Shown: positions 56,589 through 64,000 of the stretch, one piece after another
Numbering within the stretch: the first letter of the stretch is position 1
How the letters are laid out: each line of letters starts with the position of its first letter
From: an uncultured Acidobacteriota bacterium
GTDB taxonomy: Bacteria > Acidobacteriota > Vicinamibacteria > Fen-336
Direction: 5' to 3'
Assembly: GCA_902826455.1 (NCBI GenBank)
Contig: CADEEV010000002.1
Coordinates: 188,488 to 252,487 of the forward strand
Length of the DNA: 64,000 nt
Notes under the pieces: model-generated
The model's database searches: none
Seen by the model: the letters and a program-made list of their open reading frames with translations, nothing else
Told to the model about the DNA's origin: nothing
Position numbers and translations under genes: made by a program

Positions 56589-57020
56589 GTGAAGCGGCGG
56601 CGTCCGGTGAGCGACGCGGAGTACGAGACCCTGTCGGCGTTCCGCCACGCCCTCGCCCGCTTCCTGGGCTTCAGCGAGGCGGCCGCCGAGGCCGCAGGCC
56701 TGACGCCGCGCCAGTACCAGGCGCTCCTGGCGCTGCGCGCGCACCGCGGGCCCATGTCGATCGGCGAGGTGGCCGAGCGCCTGCAGATCCACCACCACAG
56801 CGCCGTGGGCCTCGTGGACCGGCTCGAGGGCCTGGGCCTGGCGCGGCGCGTCAGCGATCCGGGCGACCGGCGCCGGGTCCACGTCGCGCCGACGGCCCGG
56901 GGCCGCGCCCAGGTGGCGCGTCTCGCGGCGATCCATCGCGACGAGCTCCAGCAGGTGGGCGACGGGCTGCGCGAGATCCTCGACCGGCTGGCCCTCGGAC
57001 GGAAGCGCAAGCCTCGCTAG
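56589..57020 (+). CDS. MarR-family transcriptional regulator.
   Basis: GTG at 56589. wHTH 'LTPRQYQALLALRAHRGPMSIGEVAERLQIHHHSAVGLVDRLEGLGLARR'. Confidence 0.85.
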   Translation: MKRRRPVSDAEYETLSAFRHALARFLGFSEAAAEAAGLTPRQYQALLALRAHRGPMSIGEVAERLQIHHHSAVGLVDRLEGLGLARRVSDPGDRRRVHVAPTARGRAQVARLAAIHRDELQQVGDGLREILDRLALGRKRKPR

Positions 57021-57076
57021 CGGGCCCCGCACCCCATCCAGGGAGCTGGACTCCAAATAATCTCGGTTTTCCCCTT

Positions 57077-57092
57077 GCCCTCGCGCGAGGGC
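57077..57092. promoter_or_regulatory. Perfect 16-bp GC palindrome GCCCTCGCGCGAGGGC upstream of the metalloprotease gene.
   Basis: Read directly at 57077-57092, about 50 nt upstream of the ATG at 57141. Confidence 0.3.
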
Positions 57093-57140
57093 GGCGATAG
57101 TGTCGCGCAAACACTCGTCGTCTCTTTCCGGGGGGAACCT

Positions 57141-60100
57141 ATGAAGCAGGCCATGCATGGCCGCCCGCGCGGCGGCTCGATGCGTACGGGATGGGTCCAC
57201 GCGCTCACGGGAGCGCTCGCTCTGTTCGCCTTCGCCTTGCCGGCGCTGGCCGAATCCGGGCGCGAACTGTGGAGCCGGCAGTCGGGGAAGGCCACCGCAA
57301 GCCTCGCCGGCAGCGGCAAAGGGGAGATACGCCCCCTCCGATCCCAGGGCCTGAGCCTCGACCGTAGCGGCCTCGCGTCCCTGCTCGCCGGCGCGCCGAT
57401 GGAGCGCACCGCGGCCGGCCGTCAGCGGCCCCTGATCGTCGACCTGCCCGATCCCAAGGGCGGGTTCCAGCGCTTCGCCCTCGTGGAATCGCCCGTGATG
57501 GAGGCGGCCCTCGCCGCGAAGCACCCGGAGATCAAGACCTACGCGGGCCGCGGCGTCGACGATCCCACGGCTTCGGTCCGCGCCGACCTCTCGCCCCTGG
57601 GCTTCCATGCCTCGGTGCGCTCGGCCAGGGGCTCCTGGTACATCGATCCCTCGAGCCACAAGAACCAGGGCCTGTACCTGAGCTACTACCGTGGCGACCT
57701 CAAGGAGAACGTCCACGGAGCCTTCTCCGACTCCATCGAGCGCGACGGCGGCGCCCCGGCGCTCTCCACGAACCGGCCCCGCCACCTGACCGGCGCCGAC
57801 GTGACCCTCCACGGCTCGGGCTTCGCGCCCCACGCGGCGGTCCGCATCACGATCACGTCGCCCGAGGGCTCCGAACGCTCTCTCGACGCGGCCGCCGACG
57901 CCCAGGGCTCGTTCGAGCTGGAGTTCGCCGCGGCCGACGGCAGCCTGGGCGCCTACGACGTCGCGGCCGAGGCCGGCGACGACGAGGCGCGGGCGATCTA
58001 CGACGTCGTGGGCGACGAGACCGACCTCGATCCGACGGGGGACGACACCCGGCGCCTCTACCGCCTGGCCCTGATCACCGACCCCGGATATGCCACGTAC
58101 TTCGGAGGACCCGACAACGTCACGGCCGCCAAGGTGGCCCTGATCAACCGCGTCAACCAGCTGTACGAGTCCGACCTGTCCGTCCACCTCGAGCTGGTCG
58201 CGAACAACGACCTGCTGAACCTCGACACCTGGGCCCTGGCCACGGCTCCGAACGGACCTTGCGGCACGGCAGCCTGCTTCACCCAGTCCCAGGTCACGGG
58301 CTGCTCCAGCACCACGCGGGCGCGCTTCGTGATCGGCCAGATCATCGGCGCGTCGAACTACGACATCGGGCACCTCGCGCTCGGCCAGCCGGGCGGCGGC
58401 GTCGCCAACCTCGGCGTCATCGGCCGCTCCAACAAGGCCGGCGGCTGCACGGGCATCCCGACTCCCGTGGGCGACTTCTACGCGATCGACTACGTGGCCC
58501 ACGAGATGGGCCACCAGTTCAGCGGCAACCACACGTTCAACGGCAACCAGCTCAACTGCTCGGGCGGCAACCGCAGCGCCGCCAACTCGGTGGAGCCCGG
58601 CAGCGGCTCGTCGATCATGGCCTACGCCGGCATCTGCCTGACCGACGACCTGCAGCCCCACAGCGATCCCTACTTCAGCCAGCGCAGCCAGCAGGAGATC
58701 ATCACCTACCTCTCCTCGAACCAGGCCGACATCAACGAGGTGCAGACGGCGTCGCTGCGGCACTTCGGCGGCGGCAACGAAGTGCAGGTCGCGACGTTCG
58801 GGCCGGGCTTCGCGCCGTCGTCCACGATCCAGCCGTTGAGCGTCAACATCAACGCGATCCCGAGCGCGACGTCCCGCGGCGGCGCCGAGCAGGACGGCAC
58901 GACCGTGACGATCGCCACGGCCGCGTCCCACACCCTCAAGGTCGGCGACGTCGTGACGATCGCCGGCGTGGCCGAGGCCGGCTACAACGGCACGTTCACG
59001 GTCACGACCGTGCCCGCGTCGCGCGCCTTCACCTACGAGAACGTCGTCACCGGACTTGCGAACTCCGGCGGCGGCACGGTCACCCTCGCGGTGCCCGGCG
59101 CCAGCGAGTCCGGCACGACGGTCACGATCAGCACCGCGGCCGCCCATGGCCGCTCGGTGGGTGAGTGGGTCACGATCGCCGGCGTCGGCGTCGCCGGCTA
59201 CAACGGGACGTTCGCCATCACGGCGGTTCCGACGACGCGCACGTTCCAGTACTCGAACGCGGCCTCTGGCCTCGCGAACTCCGGCGGCGGAACGGCCACG
59301 CTGTTCTCGGGCTTCCAGGTGCGCTACAACGGCGTCGACTCGGCCCCCGTCGGCGGCAGCAGCAGCCTGACCTACTCGACCGCGAACCTGCAGACGGCCA
59401 TCGCCGGCATCCCCGGCCTCCCGTCGGCGCCGACCGTCAGCGGCGCGAGCGCCACGGGCTTCACGGTGACGTTCGCCGACGGCATCGACGTCCCGCAGAA
59501 CCTCGAGATCGTCAACCTCAGCTGCGGCGGCTGCTTCGCCTCGGTGGAGGAGACGAACCACGGCGGCGCCTTCGACTCGTTCACCATCAACTACAACGGC
59601 GCCGACTCGGCCCCGATCTCGACCGGCCTGGGCAACTACACGAGCGCCGGCGTCAAGGCCGCGATCGAGGGCATCGCCGGCTGGCCCGCGGGCGGCACCG
59701 TGACGGTCGCCAACTTCGGCGGCGGCGGCAGCCCGAGCAGCAACGGCTTCCAGGTGACGTTCGGCGGCACGCTCGCCGCGACCAACCAGCCGCTGCTCTC
59801 CCTCACCAACATGTCCGCGGCCGCGACCGGCTTCTTCGGCGAGACCGACAAGGGCGGCCCGGTCGACAACAAGGGCGGTCCGGGCTCAGGCCTCACCGAC
59901 AACAACAAGCCGATCGTCGCGGCGCCCCTGCAGACCGTGATCCCGATGCGCACGCCGTTCTACCTCACCGGCAGCGCGGTGGACCCCGACGGCGACAGCC
60001 TCCTCTACTCCTGGGAGCAGAACGACCGCGGCAACGCCGGCACGTCGCTCCTCAACAACGTCAAGCTGAACGGCGCCCTGTTCTCCATGTTCCCGAAGTC

Positions 60101-61676
60101 CGCGCCGATCAGCGAGGCCGACACGCTGCTGTACGAGTCGCCCAACGAGAACCACCTCACCACGGATCCGACGCGTGTCTTCCCGGACCTCCAGCAGATC
60201 CTGGACAACAACACGAACGCCGACACCGGCAGCTGCCCGGTGGACGCCGACATCGCGCCGCCCGTCCCGATCCCGACCCGGGAGTGCTTCGAGGAGTTCC
60301 TGCCGACGACCGACTACGTCGGCTTCTCGACCACGGGCTTCAACAACGCGAGCCCGCTCTCGCTGCACTTCCGCTTCACGGCCCGTGACAGTCACGGCGG
60401 AGTCGCCGCGGCCGTGCCCGACACGACCGTGCTCCTGGCCGCGGCCGCCGGACCCTTCCGCGTGACGGCGCCCGATTCCAACGTCACCTGGGCGGGCGGT
60501 TCCACCCGGACCGTGACCTGGGACGTCAACCAGACCAACGTCGACCCCGTGAACGCGACGCAGGTCACGATCCGCCTGTCGCTGGACGGCGGCCAGACCT
60601 ATCCCCAGGTGCTGGCCCTCGACACCGACAACGACGGCTCGGCCGACGTGGCGCTGCCCAACGTGAACTCGACTGAGGCCCGCATCATGGTCGACGCCAC
60701 GAGCAACGGCTTCTTCGACATCTCGAACAGCAACTTCACGATCGAAGCCGACACGACGGCGCCGACGGTCACCCTGACCCGGCCCAACGGCGGCGAGAAG
60801 CTGTTCTCCGGCGTGCCCTACGTCGTCACCTGGACGGCCTCGGACGACGCCGGTGTCAGCTTCTTCGACGTGTTCGTCTCGTTCAACGGCGGGTCGACCT
60901 ACAGCCCGACGCCGGTCTGCGACGACGTGCCGGGAACCGAGACGTCCTGCCTCGCGACGATCACGGTCGCGAGCAACCAGACGAACGTGAAGCTCCGCGT
61001 CACGGCCACCGACGGCGGCGGCAACAGCGCCTCCGATGCGTCGAACGCGAAGTTCAGCGTCAACCTGGGCACTCCGACGATCACCGTGAACAAGCCCAAC
61101 GCCGCCGGCCTCGCCTGGCAGGCCGGCACGGTCAAGGCGATCGGCTTCGCCCACAACCTGGGCGCGAACGCCCCCGTGTCGATCGAGCTCGACCGCAACT
61201 ACCCGTCCGGCACCTGGGAGACGATCGCCGCCAGCACCCCGACGACCGGAAACGCCAGCTCGACCTTCAACTGGACCGTCACCTCGCCCGTGACCGTGGG
61301 GGCCACGGCTCGCATCCGGGTCACGGCGCTCGCCGTGCCCGCGAGCGACACCAGCGACATCCCGTTCAGCATCACGAGCCGGGTGAAGGTGGCGGCGCCG
61401 AACACGGCGGTCAAGTGGAAGGTCGGCACCACGAAGGTCGTCAAGTTCAACCACACGTATGCGACGCCCCACGACTTCGCGATCACGCTCGATCGTGACG
61501 GCGACGGCCTCTGCGAGGAGCTGATCGCGTCGCCCGTCACGGCCGCGGCGGCGGCGGGGACCTACAACTGGGTGGTGAGCGCTCCGGCGGGCGCCACGAA
61601 CCGGATCTGCGTGACGTCGACGTCCGACCCCGCCGGCACCGACATCTCGGACGTGGCCTTCACGATCCAGCCGTAG
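57141..61676 (+). CDS. Large secreted zinc metalloprotease (metzincin, reprolysin/M12B-like) with C-terminal Ig-like/beta-sandwich domains.
   Basis: RBS 'GGGGGGAA' and ATG at 57141. Signal peptide. 'VAHEMGHQFSGNHTFNG' HExxHxxGxxH zinc motif. Many beta-sandwich repeats. Confidence 0.85.
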   Translation: MKQAMHGRPRGGSMRTGWVHALTGALALFAFALPALAESGRELWSRQSGKATASLAGSGKGEIRPLRSQGLSLDRSGLASLLAGAPMERTAAGRQRPLIVDLPDPKGGFQRFALVESPVMEAALAAKHPEIKTYAGRGVDDPTASVRADLSPLGFHASVRSARGSWYIDPSSHKNQGLYLSYYRGDLKENVHGAFSDSIERDGGAPALSTNRPRHLTGADVTLHGSGFAPHAAVRITITSPEGSERSLDAAADAQGSFELEFAAADGSLGAYDVAAEAGDDEARAIYDVVGDETDLDPTGDDTRRLYRLALITDPGYATYFGGPDNVTAAKVALINRVNQLYESDLSVHLELVANNDLLNLDTWALATAPNGPCGTAACFTQSQVTGCSSTTRARFVIGQIIGASNYDIGHLALGQPGGGVANLGVIGRSNKAGGCTGIPTPVGDFYAIDYVAHEMGHQFSGNHTFNGNQLNCSGGNRSAANSVEPGSGSSIMAYAGICLTDDLQPHSDPYFSQRSQQEIITYLSSNQADINEVQTASLRHFGGGNEVQVATFGPGFAPSSTIQPLSVNINAIPSATSRGGAEQDGTTVTIATAASHTLKVGDVVTIAGVAEAGYNGTFTVTTVPASRAFTYENVVTGLANSGGGTVTLAVPGASESGTTVTISTAAAHGRSVGEWVTIAGVGVAGYNGTFAITAVPTTRTFQYSNAASGLANSGGGTATLFSGFQVRYNGVDSAPVGGSSSLTYSTANLQTAIAGIPGLPSAPTVSGASATGFTVTFADGIDVPQNLEIVNLSCGGCFASVEETNHGGAFDSFTINYNGADSAPISTGLGNYTSAGVKAAIEGIAGWPAGGTVTVANFGGGGSPSSNGFQVTFGGTLAATNQPLLSLTNMSAAATGFFGETDKGGPVDNKGGPGSGLTDNNKPIVAAPLQTVIPMRTPFYLTGSAVDPDGDSLLYSWEQNDRGNAGTSLLNNVKLNGALFSMFPKSAPISEADTLLYESPNENHLTTDPTRVFPDLQQILDNNTNADTGSCPVDADIAPPVPIPTRECFEEFLPTTDYVGFSTTGFNNASPLSLHFRFTARDSHGGVAAAVPDTTVLLAAAAGPFRVTAPDSNVTWAGGSTRTVTWDVNQTNVDPVNATQVTIRLSLDGGQTYPQVLALDTDNDGSADVALPNVNSTEARIMVDATSNGFFDISNSNFTIEADTTAPTVTLTRPNGGEKLFSGVPYVVTWTASDDAGVSFFDVFVSFNGGSTYSPTPVCDDVPGTETSCLATITVASNQTNVKLRVTATDGGGNSASDASNAKFSVNLGTPTITVNKPNAAGLAWQAGTVKAIGFAHNLGANAPVSIELDRNYPSGTWETIAASTPTTGNASSTFNWTVTSPVTVGATARIRVTALAVPASDTSDIPFSITSRVKVAAPNTAVKWKVGTTKVVKFNHTYATPHDFAITLDRDGDGLCEELIASPVTAAAAAGTYNWVVSAPAGATNRICVTSTSDPAGTDISDVAFTIQP
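58866..59310 (+). repeat. Intragenic tandem duplication (2 x ~216 nt, 72 aa) inside the metalloprotease gene.
   Basis: Two units: '...TVTIATAASHTLKVGDVVTIAGVAEAGYNGTFTVTTVPASRAFTYENVVTGLANSGGGTVTL' and '...TVTISTAAAHGRSVGEWVTIAGVGVAGYNGTFAITAVPTTRTFQYSNAASGLANSGGGTATL'. Confidence 0.6.
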
Positions 61677-61690
61677 TCGCGCAACGCTCT

Positions 61691-61734
61691 CGGGCTGCGC
61701 TCCTTCGAAAGAAGGGGCGCAGCCTTTTTCTGTT
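61691..61734. terminator. Bidirectional rho-independent terminator between convergent genes.
   Basis: GGGCTGCGCTCCTTC-gaaa-GAAGGGGCGCAGCC stem-loop followed by TTTTTCTGTTT. It sits between the metalloprotease stop (61676) and the minus-strand gene stop (61741). Confidence 0.8.
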
Positions 61735-61740
61735 TGCGGG

Positions 61741-62679
61741 CTAGCCGCGCTTCAGCTTCTCGTAGCCGTGGCGGCCCGGCTCGGGCAGGTCCACGGGGGG
61801 CGGGGCCGCGGGCATCAAGACCTGGGGGAAGAGGCCGGTCTGGAAGCCGTCGAAGTCGCGCGCCCACTCCTTGTGGTTGTAGACGCAGACCGGCAGGCAG
61901 ATCGAGCAGTAGTCGTGCTTCGCGAAGTACGGGAAGCAGCGGCCCGTGTCGACCCTGTAGCGGTCGTTGCCGAGATGGTCCTTGCCGGCGGTCTTGCTGC
62001 GCTCGTCGGGGATCGCGTCGGCGGGGCAGTAGATGCGGCAGGCCCGGCAGGTGTCGCAGAACTTCGCGATGCCGGCGTCGATCGGGTGGTCGATCGCGAG
62101 CTCCATGGAGGTCGCGACGCTGCCCATGCGGAACAGCGGGCCGAGCTTCGGGTTGATGATCGAGCCGTGGCGGCCGAGCTCGCCGAAGCCGGCCTTGAGG
62201 CCGATCGGGACGTGGAGCAGGTCGCTGTCGCCGATCGGGTGCTCGATCTTGCACGCGTAGCCCAGGGAGCGGATGTGGTCGCCGAGGGCGATCACGGTCT
62301 CGCCCAGGGTGAAGTAGACGCGCAGGCACTCGATGGCGGAGCGCGTCGAGGGCACCACCTGGAACTCGCGCCACAGCATGCGCTGGCCCACCGCGATCGC
62401 GAAGCGGCCGGGAATCTCGCGGCCGCCGTACACGTCGGAGGCCTCGATCTCGCAGACGCCCACGATGTCGGCGCCGAACGCCGTCGCCTTCGCCTTGAGG
62501 TGGGCGGACGCGGCGTCCGCCGAGGCGAAGGCGGTGCGCTCGGCAGCGACCGGGCCGTCGAAGCGCGGCTGCTGTTCCTCGCGGATCTGGCGCAGGTAGC
62601 GGTCGACCTCGTCGATGTGGATCGTCCGGCCGCCCACGAGGGCGTACCAGGCATCCCAGGCGAACGCCGGAACGCTCAC
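61741..62679 (-). CDS. QueG-like / reductive-dehalogenase-superfamily protein with two 4Fe-4S motifs.
   Basis: GTG at 62679 overlaps the upstream TGA. 'CDTCRACRIYCP' and 'CSICLPVCVYN' ferredoxin motifs. 'GFGELGRHGSIINPKLGPLF' QueG-like segment. Confidence 0.75.
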   Translation of the reverse strand: MSVPAFAWDAWYALVGGRTIHIDEVDRYLRQIREEQQPRFDGPVAAERTAFASADAASAHLKAKATAFGADIVGVCEIEASDVYGGREIPGRFAIAVGQRMLWREFQVVPSTRSAIECLRVYFTLGETVIALGDHIRSLGYACKIEHPIGDSDLLHVPIGLKAGFGELGRHGSIINPKLGPLFRMGSVATSMELAIDHPIDAGIAKFCDTCRACRIYCPADAIPDERSKTAGKDHLGNDRYRVDTGRCFPYFAKHDYCSICLPVCVYNHKEWARDFDGFQTGLFPQVLMPAAPPPVDLPEPGRHGYEKLKRG

Positions 62680-63713
62680 TGGGCGGCGACGGGCGGCTCG
62701 ATGCGGGCGGCGTGGATCTCGGTGGGGATGAAGTCGCGGTCCACGAGGCCCTTCACGTCGAGGCGGCGCTCGAGGATGCCGGCCTCGAGGCCCATGTCGG
62801 CGATCTCCTGCATCTCGTCGTCGCCCGGCGTCAGCATCCGGTAGCTCACGCGGTCGGGAGGCTGGGTCAGCACGAAGCGCAGCAGCTTCTCGTCCTGGCG
62901 GAAGTAGGGCGAGACGAGCTTGGCCGCCTCGAGGCGGTGGGTCTCGGCCCACTCGCCGCTCTCGGCGATGCCCCGCACCAGGTCCTTGACCACGGCGGGC
63001 TTCTCGCCGATCAGCTTCTCGGTGACGACCAGCACGCACGAGATGAAGTGCGGCCAGATGTCCTTGGCGTGGTAGAGCACGCGGCCGCTGCCGTCGAGCT
63101 CGGCACGGGCCGCATGGGGCTCGCCGATGAAGTAGGCGTCGATGGCCTTGCTCGCGAGGGCGCCCGGCATGTCGGGCGGCGGCATCTCCACGAAGCGGAT
63201 GTCCGCGGGATCGACGCCCTCGTCCTTCATGAGCTTGCGGATCACGAGGTTCTGGTTGCTGTACTTGCTCGGGATCGCGAAGGTCTTGCCCTTGAGGTCC
63301 CCGAGGGTCTTCGCCGGGAGGTCGCTGCGCACCATCACCGTCGAGCCGTCGCGATGGCCGAGATACGCGATCTTCACCTTGAGGCCCTGCTCCTTCAGCT
63401 TCATGGCGAGGGGCGCGATCATGAACGTCGCGTCGAGGCGGCCGCTCTTCACGGTCTCGACGACGGTGGGAAAGTCCGTGAAGCGCTGCGACTCGAAGCG
63501 CGTGCCGTGGCTCGTCTTCGTGGCGTAGTCGGTGACCGGGCACGTGAGGTGGCACGTGACGGGCAGGAACCCGACCTTGAGGGTCTCGCGGACCTCGTTT
63601 CCGGCGGTGGGCGTCTCGGGAGCCGGGGAGGTCCGCATGCGGAGGAGGGCCAGGAGCGCCACGAGGGCGACGGCGCCGAGACCGTATCGAAGCAGCGGCG
63701 AGCGCATGGCCAA
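62676..63713 (-). CDS. NMT1/THI5-like (SsuA/TauA-type) periplasmic substrate-binding protein.
   Basis: Signal peptide 'MAMRSPLLRYGLGAVALVALLALL'. NMT1-like SBP sequence. Confidence 0.78.
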   Translation of the reverse strand: MAMRSPLLRYGLGAVALVALLALLRMRTSPAPETPTAGNEVRETLKVGFLPVTCHLTCPVTDYATKTSHGTRFESQRFTDFPTVVETVKSGRLDATFMIAPLAMKLKEQGLKVKIAYLGHRDGSTVMVRSDLPAKTLGDLKGKTFAIPSKYSNQNLVIRKLMKDEGVDPADIRFVEMPPPDMPGALASKAIDAYFIGEPHAARAELDGSGRVLYHAKDIWPHFISCVLVVTEKLIGEKPAVVKDLVRGIAESGEWAETHRLEAAKLVSPYFRQDEKLLRFVLTQPPDRVSYRMLTPGDDEMQEIADMGLEAGILERRLDVKGLVDRDFIPTEIHAARIEPPVAAQ

Positions 63714-63749
63714 GTCTGACGCGCGGCGCGCCGTGGCGCAATGCCGGGC

Positions 63750-64000
63750 TCAGTGCACGGCGGGCGAAGCGGGCAGGGCCAGGCGCTCGAACACCGCGGC
63801 GACCAGCCGGTCGCAGCGCCGGAGGTGGAACGCGAAGGCCTGGGACGAGGTGACGCCGGCCCGTTCGTAGAGCTCCTCGCGCAGCAGGGCCCGGGCCCGG
63901 TGCAGACGGGTCTTCACGGCGTCCTCGCGCAGGCCGAGGCATTCCGCGGTCTCGTCCGTGCTGAGGCCCTCGACGTCCCGCAGCACCACCACCGCGCGGT
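63750..64000 (-). CDS. ECF-type sigma-70 factor. C-terminal part; 5' end lies outside the window.
   Basis: Region 4 'VLRDVEGLSTDETAECLGLREDAVKTRLHRARALLREEL', followed by a ~40-aa C-terminal tail. Confidence 0.7.
   Translation of the reverse strand, partial: RAVVVLRDVEGLSTDETAECLGLREDAVKTRLHRARALLREELYERAGVTSSQAFAFHLRRCDRLVAAVFERLALPASPAVH

Noticed and set aside
55224-61472. A 1,445-aa minus-strand ORF (55224-59561) and a 528-aa minus-strand ORF (59886-61472).
   Set aside because: Antisense to the ClC, MarR and metalloprotease genes. No domains; compositionally biased.
63750-63900. A zf-HC2 anti-sigma motif fused to the ECF sigma C-terminus ('AFHLRRCDRL').
   Set aside because: Only a single Cys follows the His, so the HxxxCxxC motif is incomplete. 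It is treated as an uncharacterised C-terminal tail.
1-64000. CRISPR arrays, tRNA/rRNA genes, integrases, transposases, IS elements, prophage genes.
   Set aside because: None seen. There are no direct-repeat arrays, cloverleaf-like conserved tRNA motifs in the short intergenic regions, or recombinase-like ORFs. The window looks like core chromosome.

Overview
This window is about 70% GC and densely coding, with roughly 45 genes, very short intergenic spacers and many 4-nt start/stop overlaps (ATGA/GTGA). I found no rRNA, tRNA, CRISPR array, integrase, transposase or phage gene. Three family signatures point to a chromosomal segment of an Acidobacteriota-like bacterium. These are three 'VWFA-related acidobacterial' VWA proteins, an 'acidobacterial duplicated orphan permease' (ADOP), and a long TonB-dependent receptor with an N-terminal carboxypeptidase-regulatory-like domain. 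I am assigning those families from memory, not from a search. The gene content is dominated by envelope and secretome functions. There is a 5'-truncated giant surface protein (>2,300 aa) ending in an SGNH/GDSL hydrolase domain. There is a complete RND efflux operon (MFP-RND-OMF) and many secreted peptidases (M23, M14, S1, S9, an M12B-like metzincin of ~1,500 aa, plus an L,D-transpeptidase and a beta-lactamase-fold hydrolase). There are several transporters (MFS, APC, ClC, ABC substrate-binding proteins) and regulators (AraC, MarR, a partial ECF sigma factor). The most unusual region is a tightly translationally coupled 8-gene plus-strand array at 28.7-38.8 kb. It reads: secreted ankyrin protein, secreted HEAT+ankyrin protein, two tandem VWA paralogs, a membrane protein, an SDR-DUF2867 fusion, MutM (Fpg), and a small Smr-domain protein. 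Other items worth a second look are a coupled ECF sigma / NMT1-like SBP / QueG-like 4Fe-4S protein set at the 3' end, a ClC / membrane protein / methyltransferase operon divergent from MarR with an ACGAT-type palindromic operator, a possible frameshifted HEAT-repeat gene, and a strong bidirectional rho-independent terminator. Many of the long ORFs in the six-frame track are antisense or out-of-frame artifacts of the high GC content and were rejected.
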